Below, in pieces: positions 25,671 to 34,700 of a stretch of DNA of 54,067 bases. Both the position numbers and the translations under genes were made by a program. Origin of the DNA: a virus (taxonomy: Duplodnaviria > Caudoviricetes). The stretch spans positions 1 through 54,067 of the IMG/VR virus record IMGVR_UViG_3300022178_002236. The stretch is one strand, 5' to 3'. The notes below the pieces were generated by a model that worked only from the letters and a program-made list of their open reading frames with translations, was not told the DNA's origin and did no database searches. Within the stretch, counting starts at the first letter, position 1. Each line of letters opens with the position of its first letter.

Positions 25671-27854
25671 ATGGCTGTCATATATCCTCAAGTCGATCAA
25701 GCATCTAATCCGCCAATTACCATCACCTCTCAGAAAATGGTGGGGACCACGCCTGACGGCTCAGAGTACACCCGTGCTGGGCTTGAAAGTTTTTTTGATG
25801 CTGCCGAAAAACAAGGCGGCATCGGGGGAACTCTTTTGAGTATGCCCTCGGTCCAACAACAAATGACAGATCAAATTTTTGGTCCCGAAGAATTAGTAGA
25901 ATACAACCCCACCCCCCGCGTCCCCATTACGCCACCATCAAGCTATGAGCCGGGAATGGACCCGATGTTCAATTACTTTGAGGGGCAGAAAGCGCCAGAT
26001 GCGGTTTTAATGGAAGGTGGCGGCCTTGTGGGTGAGGCCAAGCGCGTACAGCAGCAGGGTCGTAACGGCGACAGTATGCTCGTTCACATGAATCCTGATG
26101 AATTTAACGCTATGACAGCCATCGGCGGTCTTGGCGGCTTAGTTGAGAACGGCGCAACCATCAACCCGGAAACGGGCTTGCCTGAGATGTTCAACTTTAA
26201 GGACATCCTTCCGACTGTTATTGGTGTCGCTGGCGCTGCATTTGGTCTTCCGACTTGGGCAGTTGCCTTGGGTACCGGGGCGACAACGGCTATTACCACG
26301 GGCGACATTGGTAAGGGTATCCTTGCTGGTCTTGGCTCTTACGCCTTAGGCAGCTTGTTTGAAGGCGTTGGCGCTAGTGGTGTCGCTGATCCCAGTGTGG
26401 CGGCGGCTGGGGCTGATCCGGGCGGAAGTCTTTTGGCTAGTCAGCCCGCCATGAATGCTGCCTCCTCTACAGCTAACCTTCCAAATGCGCCTGACCTTAT
26501 TGCTGGTGGAATGCCTGTCTCTGACGCTTCTATCATCAATGCCCCTAGCATTTACGAAAGAGCGGCAGCAGCTAAGGGCTTTACCCCTCAGGCTGTTTCC
26601 CCAATCACACCCCCGGCCCCGTCCGGCCCCATTAACTTTACTGGTACCGGAGGGTTTCCCTCTACAAACTTCCCGGCACGTGGTTTTACTGGTGACATTT
26701 CGGCGATACAGGCAGGAAATGAGGCGGCTTTTGGTCTAGGTAGCGGGGCAACAGGTGCGGCTCAAAATGCTGCTTTTTCGAGCGCTTACAAGGATGCTGC
26801 TTTCGGAAACGCACCTTTTACCACGGCTTTCGATTCCGCTGCTACCGGCCCCAGTAAACTAGAATTGTTTGGTGAGGGGATATCCCAAATAGGGCAGCCC
26901 GGTGGTGTTAGTTATCTTGACGCAGCCACAAAAGGTTTGGGTGGCCTTGGTGCTACGGCTGCCGGTGCAGGTCTCTTTGATGAAGAGCCTTACAACTACG
27001 CTGGTTTTAGTGGTTCTAGGCGCAGATATAACACTGAGCCTATGGCTCCTCTCAGTCGCACACGCTTAACCCCCGGTGCTGACTACCGCCCCGGATTTGA
27101 CCCTGCCTTTAGCTACTTCGCACAGGATGGGAAGCGTGGTGAGCTAGACCCGTCAATGGGTGGCGTTATGAGTAATCCTGCTAGAAATGCTGTTATGCAG
27201 AGCGCACAGGAAATTGCATCTAATGCGACACCTCAGCCTCAAATGATGGCTCCGAGACCCGCAATGTACAGCCCTAACGCAGCGGCGAGGGCAGTGCTTC
27301 CGATGACGAGAATGGCTAATGGTGGGGTTCCTGAAGAGCAGGTGATGGCAGGTTTAATGGATGTAGCCTCCGAAGAGGTTAAAAATAACCTAGACGAGCG
27401 TATGTCCGTGCCAGCCCAAGATTCAGAGCCTCAAAGTCCAGAAGAGCGCATTGTCTACGATAATGCGATGCTTGCTGTTCAGGGTGTCCTTGAAGATGAG
27501 GCCGCTCAAGATGCGGTGTCAGAATTTATTGAGACCTTTGGTTTCGAGGCATATCAAGCTCTTGTTGATGCAGTGAATACTCCTCGTGAAGAGGGCGGCG
27601 TTATAAAGCCCGCTGATGGTCAAAGTTCTGTAAAGGATGGGGCTATCCAAGGCGAGGACGTTATCGCTGGGATGATTGTTGACCCGGAAACCGGCGAAGA
27701 AAGTGCCAATCTGCGTATTGGTGAGAATGAGTATGTGGAACCTGCGGAAAGCCTTACGCGACGGGCTATGGCAGCGGGTCTGCCGCCTACGCCGAAAAAT
27801 GGCGCAATGGTAAGAAGTGCTGAGGAGGATCAGCTTCGGATGGCTTATGGCTGA
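25671..27854 (+). CDS. Internal virion / ejection protein
   Basis: GRNGDSMLVHMNPDE...INPETGLPE motif; Gly/Ala-rich hydrophobic segments; AGGAG RBS. Confidence 0.65.
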   Translation: MAVIYPQVDQASNPPITITSQKMVGTTPDGSEYTRAGLESFFDAAEKQGGIGGTLLSMPSVQQQMTDQIFGPEELVEYNPTPRVPITPPSSYEPGMDPMFNYFEGQKAPDAVLMEGGGLVGEAKRVQQQGRNGDSMLVHMNPDEFNAMTAIGGLGGLVENGATINPETGLPEMFNFKDILPTVIGVAGAAFGLPTWAVALGTGATTAITTGDIGKGILAGLGSYALGSLFEGVGASGVADPSVAAAGADPGGSLLASQPAMNAASSTANLPNAPDLIAGGMPVSDASIINAPSIYERAAAAKGFTPQAVSPITPPAPSGPINFTGTGGFPSTNFPARGFTGDISAIQAGNEAAFGLGSGATGAAQNAAFSSAYKDAAFGNAPFTTAFDSAATGPSKLELFGEGISQIGQPGGVSYLDAATKGLGGLGATAAGAGLFDEEPYNYAGFSGSRRRYNTEPMAPLSRTRLTPGADYRPGFDPAFSYFAQDGKRGELDPSMGGVMSNPARNAVMQSAQEIASNATPQPQMMAPRPAMYSPNAAARAVLPMTRMANGGVPEEQVMAGLMDVASEEVKNNLDERMSVPAQDSEPQSPEERIVYDNAMLAVQGVLEDEAAQDAVSEFIETFGFEAYQALVDAVNTPREEGGVIKPADGQSSVKDGAIQGEDVIAGMIVDPETGEESANLRIGENEYVEPAESLTRRAMAAGLPPTPKNGAMVRSAEEDQLRMAYG
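27376..27391. repeat. Dispersed palindrome copy 4 (AGGTTA-AAAA-TAACCT)
   Basis: Inside CDS (EVKNNL). Confidence 0.85.
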
Positions 27855-28287
27855 TCTTGAGGTTTCTCTGGTTGACCCTAATTATGTCAGCCGTGTTTGG
27901 TCAGAGGTTGAGCCTATACTAGGCAAGTCTATAGGCTCTGCTCACGGTAGATACGACATGAAGGATATTTTGGCAGAAATTGTTAATTTTGAGCAGCATT
28001 TGTGGGTAGTGTTTGACGAGAAAAGTAAGATTATTGCGGCTTTGACAACGAGGTTTGTTAGCTACCCGAAGAAGAAAGTATTAGCCGGTCAGTTTTTAGG
28101 CGGCACAAAAATAATGAGATGGCGTGATCCCATGTTAAACACATTAGAGAATTGGGCAAAAGACAATAGCTGTGATGGTCTTGAAATGACTGGCCGCAAT
28201 GGCTTTGAAAAAGTTCTCGGACCATATGGTTGGACGCCTGAGTATGTGGTGTTCGAGAAAATGTTTGAGGAGAAAGTAGATGGGTAA
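27847..28287 (+). CDS. GNAT-like virion-assembly protein (T7 gp13 / P22 gp14 position)
   Basis: HLWVV, YPKKK, LGG, WAKDNSC, GRNGFEKVL; precedes ejection protein. Confidence 0.65.
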   Translation: MADLEVSLVDPNYVSRVWSEVEPILGKSIGSAHGRYDMKDILAEIVNFEQHLWVVFDEKSKIIAALTTRFVSYPKKKVLAGQFLGGTKIMRWRDPMLNTLENWAKDNSCDGLEMTGRNGFEKVLGPYGWTPEYVVFEKMFEEKVDG

Positions 28288-29275
28288 AGGAGGAGGCGGC
28301 GCACCGCCGCCAGCACAGCCGCAGAATGTCACCACTACGACCAGTAATCTGCCCGAATACGCTGAACCCTTTTTCACGCGCTTGATGCAGCGTGGCGAGG
28401 CTATTTCGCAAGAAGATTATATTCCAATCGAACAGCAGCGACTGGCTGGCTTTGACCCCTTGCAAGAGCAATCCTTTCAGCAGGCAGAGGCTATAGCGGG
28501 GGCAGGTACGCCTGAAGAATTCGGCGCGGCTAGAGGTCGTTATCAGGAAGCATTGGATTTTCAACCGGGCTACACTCCCGGAGCCATTGACGCGGGAAGG
28601 TTTACCGATGCTGGTGTAGCTCAAAGCTACATGAATCCTTTTGTTGAGAACGTCATCGACGTACAACAGGCCCGCGCTCGTCGTCAGTTTGAAGAGGATC
28701 AGGGTCAGAGAGTTTCAGACGCGGCAGTTAGAGCAGGTGCTTTCGGCGGCTCTCGTGAGGGCCTTGCTAATCAGCTTGCCCGCTCAAGGTTTGAAGACAG
28801 GCTTTCTGATATGGAAGCTACGCAAAGAGCACAGGCGTTTGATCAAGGCCAGAGAGCATTTACGGCAGATCAGACCGCTGGCCTCCGAGCAGCGGCTTTG
28901 AGAGAAGAGGCTGGGCAACAAGCTGGCCGTCTTGGGCTGGCCGGTGAGCAGATTGGTCTCGATGCTGCGCGTCAGGTCGCTGCTCTTGGAGAGGGAGAGC
29001 TTGGTCTTGGTCTTCGTCAAGCTGATGTTCTTCGCCAAATTGGTGAGCAACGTCAGGCCTTGGATCAGCAACAGCTTGATATCGGAGTTTCCGATTTTAT
29101 CTCTCAACGAGATTTTCCCCGTCAACAGCTTGCCTTCCAAAGCGGTATTTTGCGTGGTGTCCCTGTTAGTCCAGTTAGCGAGACCGCACAGTTCCAAGCA
29201 CAGCCTAGTAACGCGCAGCAGCTTTTAGGCTTTGGCCTTGGTGGTCTTGGTTTGGCAAGAAGTGTTTTTGGGTAG
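28280..29275 (+). CDS. DNA ejection / pilot protein
   Basis: MGKGGGG start, LPEYAEP, YMNPF, AGAFGGSR, Gln/Ala-rich, C-terminal GFGLGGLG. Confidence 0.7.
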   Translation: MGKGGGGAPPPAQPQNVTTTTSNLPEYAEPFFTRLMQRGEAISQEDYIPIEQQRLAGFDPLQEQSFQQAEAIAGAGTPEEFGAARGRYQEALDFQPGYTPGAIDAGRFTDAGVAQSYMNPFVENVIDVQQARARRQFEEDQGQRVSDAAVRAGAFGGSREGLANQLARSRFEDRLSDMEATQRAQAFDQGQRAFTADQTAGLRAAALREEAGQQAGRLGLAGEQIGLDAARQVAALGEGELGLGLRQADVLRQIGEQRQALDQQQLDIGVSDFISQRDFPRQQLAFQSGILRGVPVSPVSETAQFQAQPSNAQQLLGFGLGGLGLARSVFG

Positions 29276-29284
29276 GATATAATC

Positions 29285-31702
29285 ATGGCCGTCACAAATA
29301 TGTCGATCATTGAAAAAGATGATTTGATTAAAAAAATGCCACGGGATTCTCTTAAAGAGGAATTGAAGAACCCATCTGGTAATTTCCCACTGTTCTTGGT
29401 CGCAGCCCGCCTCAAAGAAGTTGAGGAGATGGAGCGCGATGTAATGGCTCGTCAGGCGGCACAGCAGTCTTCTCAGGACGCGGAGTCGGTCGCTGCGCGT
29501 TTAGCGCAACAGGCTATGCCACAGTCCCCGATGTCAGCAGTTGCGGCTAACCCGGCACCCCAGCCTCGGCCTGACCCCCAAGGTATTATGGCTCAACAAA
29601 TGGCTGGCCCCACTCAACCGTTGCCCACGGTAATGGCTCAGACTGGATTACGGGGGAAGTATCCGGGTCAAGCGTCAGAGATCAATCAAGAAATAATTGC
29701 TGCTGCGGCTCGTGCTCGTCAGGCCAAAGGAACTCCGCGTCTATATAATCAAGCCAGACAGGCTGGTTTTGAGAAAGCTGGCAGGAAAGGCGCAGCCCCA
29801 GCGAGTCAAATACCTGCACTCCTTGGCCTTGCCTCCGCTTTAGCAAAAACCGAAGAGCGGGCTTATGGCGGCATGGAGACATTGCCACCGTTTCAGGTTC
29901 AGTCGAGTACAATGCCAATGAGTGGTAAGGGCTTCACGGCCCCTGCACGTTCTCTCGCGTCAAGAATGCCTAAGGAAGAAGACGGTCTTGCTTATGTCTC
30001 TCAACTCTTAAAGTCTATGGGAGGCTCTTCAGGTGACAAGCCTACTGTATTCGCTGAGAACGGTTTTGGCAGTCAACCCGGTATGGGGTATGACCCAGTT
30101 CTACAGAGAGATTTAGAAACCTTTGGTCTTAGTGACCAGCAATTTTCGCGTCTTGATCCTCAATCTCAACAATTAATTATGGATTCTGGCGAACGCTACG
30201 CCGATCCCTCGGCATATGAACGCGCCGCTGGCATTCCTAGAGTTCGCCGCGATGCCATAAGAACAACCCTTGAACGCGCTCAAAGAAAAAACCCCGATAG
30301 TCTGCCGTTTGGGACCGGTATTAGAAGTTACTTCGCTCCTGAATCTGAAGTTCCGCGCATCAGAGCAGAACAAGATGCGTTTGAAACGAGTATGGCTCAA
30401 CTTAGGAATGTTCTTCAACCTCCTGCGCCACCTAGTCCTCCTAGTGGATCAGCCCAAGCGGCTCCTCCCGTGAAGCCTCCCGCGAAGCCTCCCGTGAGTG
30501 AAGGGCCAGTCGTAAAAAAATTAAGCAGTCCTATTGACCCTGCGACAGTGAAGGGAGATACGTCTGCTGTACCGGGAGAGAAGACTCCCGTGGTTCCTCC
30601 CGTGGTTCCTCCCGTGGTTCCTCCTGTGGTTTCCCCCGTGGTTCCCGATGCCACTAAATCTGATGATACCGCTCCCAATGTAAATCTCGAAGCTACGAAA
30701 ATAGGCGAAGTTGACACGTTGAGCAGCATTGGGGAAAAATACGGCGATCTTATTTCGGACCCGAACGAACAGTTCAAGCCTATAATTGAAGCGTACACCA
30801 CTCAACTTAAAAAGGTTGAGGCCAATGAGCCTGTCCCTCAAAGCATGAAGGACATGAAAGACCGTTATCAAAATCGTTTGGATTCTCTTGAGAAAAGCCC
30901 GCTTCCGTTTATGACTGCCGCCGCTGCCGTAATAAAGGGTAACCAGCCAATTCTTGTTGCGATGACCAATGCTATGATTGGTTACACTGCTGGTGATGAA
31001 AAGGTCAAAAACCAAGGTCTCAAGATTATGGGCGAGATGGTTGATTTGGATGTCAACATCAAGACTCTGGAGGCAAAGCAGCAAGAGTCAGAGATGAAAG
31101 CTAGAAACGCAATGCTTGGCGCTCGTGAAGCGGCGATGAAGGGACAAAGAGAACGCGAAGCTCAACTCCTCTCGCTTGCGACCAGAGAACAACAGTCCCT
31201 TAGAACGGCAGCAGCGGATCAGGCAAAACTAGAGGACGCTGCGAAGAATAGAGCCGTCCAGCTTAGAATAGGGACGTTTAAGACTCAGGCAGAAAAGGAT
31301 TTATTTGACAGAGCCTATAATGCCTTCAAGAAGGACAACCCCGGCGCTTCTGAATTTGAAGCGATAGGTGCGGCTATGGCGCTCGTTAAACCCAAGGCAA
31401 CAAACTTTGGTCAGAGTAATTATGAAATAAAACTAGATGGTATGGTAGATGACTTTTTTACCAAGGGAAAAGAAGGCATTCGTAAACTCATAAGTCAATA
31501 TAATGCAAAAAACCCAAACGATAGAGTTGATACAGTAAACACTTCGCCTCAAGACATTGCAAAAGTCATTAGGTCTATCGGCGTTGATAAACTTCCGTCC
31601 AATGACGACGTTAGGCGTCGAATCCTCCAAGACCCAAGATCAGGCATGGGTCGTGGCGCTAGTGGAACTGGAACGGTTCCGTTTAGCAGTCTAGCTAGAT
31701 AG
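29285..31702 (+). CDS. Internal virion protein (Pro-rich linker plus coiled coil)
   Basis: Between pilot and giant protein; low complexity. Confidence 0.65.
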   Translation: MAVTNMSIIEKDDLIKKMPRDSLKEELKNPSGNFPLFLVAARLKEVEEMERDVMARQAAQQSSQDAESVAARLAQQAMPQSPMSAVAANPAPQPRPDPQGIMAQQMAGPTQPLPTVMAQTGLRGKYPGQASEINQEIIAAAARARQAKGTPRLYNQARQAGFEKAGRKGAAPASQIPALLGLASALAKTEERAYGGMETLPPFQVQSSTMPMSGKGFTAPARSLASRMPKEEDGLAYVSQLLKSMGGSSGDKPTVFAENGFGSQPGMGYDPVLQRDLETFGLSDQQFSRLDPQSQQLIMDSGERYADPSAYERAAGIPRVRRDAIRTTLERAQRKNPDSLPFGTGIRSYFAPESEVPRIRAEQDAFETSMAQLRNVLQPPAPPSPPSGSAQAAPPVKPPAKPPVSEGPVVKKLSSPIDPATVKGDTSAVPGEKTPVVPPVVPPVVPPVVSPVVPDATKSDDTAPNVNLEATKIGEVDTLSSIGEKYGDLISDPNEQFKPIIEAYTTQLKKVEANEPVPQSMKDMKDRYQNRLDSLEKSPLPFMTAAAAVIKGNQPILVAMTNAMIGYTAGDEKVKNQGLKIMGEMVDLDVNIKTLEAKQQESEMKARNAMLGAREAAMKGQREREAQLLSLATREQQSLRTAAADQAKLEDAAKNRAVQLRIGTFKTQAEKDLFDRAYNAFKKDNPGASEFEAIGAAMALVKPKATNFGQSNYEIKLDGMVDDFFTKGKEGIRKLISQYNAKNPNDRVDTVNTSPQDIAKVIRSIGVDKLPSNDDVRRRILQDPRSGMGRGASGTGTVPFSSLAR
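30585..30646 (+). repeat. 12-nt tandem repeat (about 5 copies) encoding PVVP
   Basis: cccgtggttcct units. Confidence 0.9.
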
Positions 31703-31712
31703 GTTCTAATTT

Positions 31713-34700
31713 ATGGATGTAACGCTTCCAAACGGGCGTGTTATTAGCGGCGTCCCTGACGGCATGACTCAGGATAGTCTTCGGGAAATTGCGATCAAAA
31801 ATGGCCTCGCTACCGCCGAAGACTTTGCCTCCGTACAGCCAGCCCAGCCCGCAGGACAGCCAACGGCTGCTCAGTCTGAAGAGTTTGAGGGCAACTACTT
31901 CCTTACTGGTATAGGGCGCGGCGTTGATGTTCTACAGGAAGGTTATGGCTCTGCCATAGAGGGCTTTGGTGGTGTTTTTGACCTTCCGGGTGTTGAGCAA
32001 TATGGCGCTGATGTTGTTGCTGCTCAGAAAAAACAGTTAGAGGAAACCTCTGCTGGTGCTTTGCAGACTAAAGATATTAAGGAGAAGGGCCTCCTTAGCT
32101 ATATATCGGCGACTTTGGGCGCTCAGGTTCCGCAGCTTGGTAGCACTCTTGGCGGTGCCTATCTTGGCGGCAAGGTCGGCGGAGGGATCGGCGCTGCGTT
32201 TGGCGGCGTTGGCGCTATTCCCGGAGCACTTATTGGCAGCGTTGTCGGCGGTATAGCGGCCAACCTTCCGTTTTTCTACGGATCAAACCGAGAAGCTCAG
32301 AAGCAGGAGATTGCTAAGGGTAACCGCGTGGAAGTAAGCGAGAGCGCAGCTATTTTAGCAGCGGGTCCCCAAGCCCTTCTTGATTATATAGCAGACCGAT
32401 TCCTTATTGGCGGACTAACTCCGAAGGCCATCAGGCAGGGTGGTCTCTTTACAAGAGGCATAAAGGGGGGAACCGCTGGCGTAGTGACTGAAGTTCCAAC
32501 TGAAATTGGGCAGCAAGTTCTTCAGCGCCTTCAAGCTGGGCAGGACCTTACTAGCGATGAGGCTATGGATGAGTATTTTGAGGTCGCGGTTGCCGCTGGT
32601 CTCGTCGGTGGCACAGTCAGAGGAGGAACAAGTATATTTCAAGGCCGCGTAGAGGATGATGCTCCGCCGCCACCTAAAACTGAAGATGAGCTTGCAGCCG
32701 ATGCTGCTGCCGTTTTCAACGAAGATACTGAGCCTCTTGCGCTTCCTGCGCCCGAAGAAACCCCTCTTCTTCCTGATTTCTCCAACGAAGGGGTCCCGAT
32801 TGTCGATCCAGATGTTGATATTGGAAGTCTTGTTGATGGCGTTGTTTCTAATTTCTCTTCTGACCTGCCTCTTTCTTTTAATAAAGGGAAGGTCGTCGTA
32901 ACTGACGATGTTGGAACACCAGCCTCTTACGAGGTCGCATCTAGCTCTGATGGTATATTTGTTGTTTCTAAACAGGGTGTCCGGGTTTCCCCCAATTTCT
33001 CTTCTACGGAACAGGCGGCTGAATTTCGTGACCGGCTGAATGTGTCCGTTAACGAGATGATGGCTGTTCAGGATGAAGTCGAAACACAGAGACAGGCTAC
33101 AGAGGCTGTAAAGCGGGCCAAACTTGAGGAAACGGGCGCAACACTGGAAGCGGCGAGAGCAACCCTATCCTCGCCTTCTATTGATTTCTCCTCTATTCCG
33201 GGGGACGCAGCCCAAGCGATAAATGTTAAGAGGACCCAGACTGGGCGCAGTACACTTGGCGCTCAAGACACAGTAACCCTTGAGGAACTCAGTGATAACA
33301 ATGTCTCTCAGGAGGTAATCGACGGTCTGTTACCCTCCTCCGAAGCGGCCACCGTCGAAGATGTGCGTTCTGCTGCCGCGTCTAAAAACATTTTGGTTGA
33401 AGACGCTGGCTTTGAGCGCTTTGCCCGCAGAAATACTGGCTCCGCAAACATAGAGAGAATGTCGCCTACTCAGCTTGGCTACATGATCGACGCTATCGAG
33501 GGGCTGCCAGCGATACCCGGTGAAACCGCACAGGCACTGCCTGTTATCCAAACACCCGAATTTACAGGCCCTCAGTACAGCGCAACCATATCTCTTGCTA
33601 AACGCAAGGGCGAGGAAGGTGTTCTAAAGTCTGAGGTTTCCAAGAACATCGATATGAAACGCGGTGCTCCCACGCAATCCCTGATACAGGCTGGCTTGGA
33701 TCGTGGCGATCTTGTGCCGCATCCCACAAAAAAGAATAGGTGGGTCAGTAGGCAGTTCTACGAAGAGAGACTTAATAGACCCCGTACACCTCTAGAGAGA
33801 GGCGAACAGGTAGAGGCAGAGGCCCGCGCAAGGGAAGAGCAAGCGCAGCCAGAAATGCCAGCCCGTGAGACCCTTGGCCCCGGCATTATCGTAGAAACCA
33901 CGCGGGAAGAGGGTGATACGCGCTCTATCCCTGAACGTAGCAGGGAATTCCAAGAACGTCTTGGAGAGACCACGCCCACGCCCGAGGCCCTATCCAGACG
34001 CGAGGAGATACAGCAATCCCTCACTGATGAGCTTAACAGGTTTGCTGCTAGTCCCGCTGGTAGGGCGGCAAAACTGGATGCCAGCAAGATCGGCGTTGAG
34101 ATTGTTGATTCAGTAACGACTGGGGCGGGGACAAGGGCAGAGGGCCAGCTACTCGCTGACGCTGACAGCGGTAAGGTAATTATTCAACTAGCTTTGGACA
34201 CGGCTCAAGAGGGCGCAGCAACTGACGCACAAGTTAAAAATAACCTCAGAGATGTCTTCAATCACGAAGTGGTGCACGCTCTAAAAGCGCTAGGCGTTAT
34301 CAACGAAGCTGATATGGCATCACTCGTTAAGTACTCAAAGAACGCCCGTATAAAAGGCTCGAAGAAAACGATTTATCAAGAGATCGTAGAGAACTATACG
34401 GAAAAGAATGTCGGACGCCAACTCTCTAAAGAAGAGCTTGAAGAAGAGGCGGTTGCCGATGCTTTCCGTTACTGGGCTGCTGGTCAACTCAAGGTCACCG
34501 GCAAGCCTAAGAGCATATTCGACCGCATTGTGCGCTTCTTCCGCAGCATTGGTTCCGGCCTAAGCAACGCTGAAATAACATCTGCCGAGCAAATCTTTAA
34601 TAATCTACGCGCACCGATTGGTGCACGGTCTGCTCCCGTTGCTCCTGCTAACAGAGAAGCCGCAAGACAGGCAGAGGCGGCTGCTGCTGCCGAAGGCATG

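Noticed and set aside
33913-34116. Possible third nested ORF in the giant gene
   Set aside because: GTG start with purine run directly adjacent (poor spacing); shadow-like composition; runs into a folded domain
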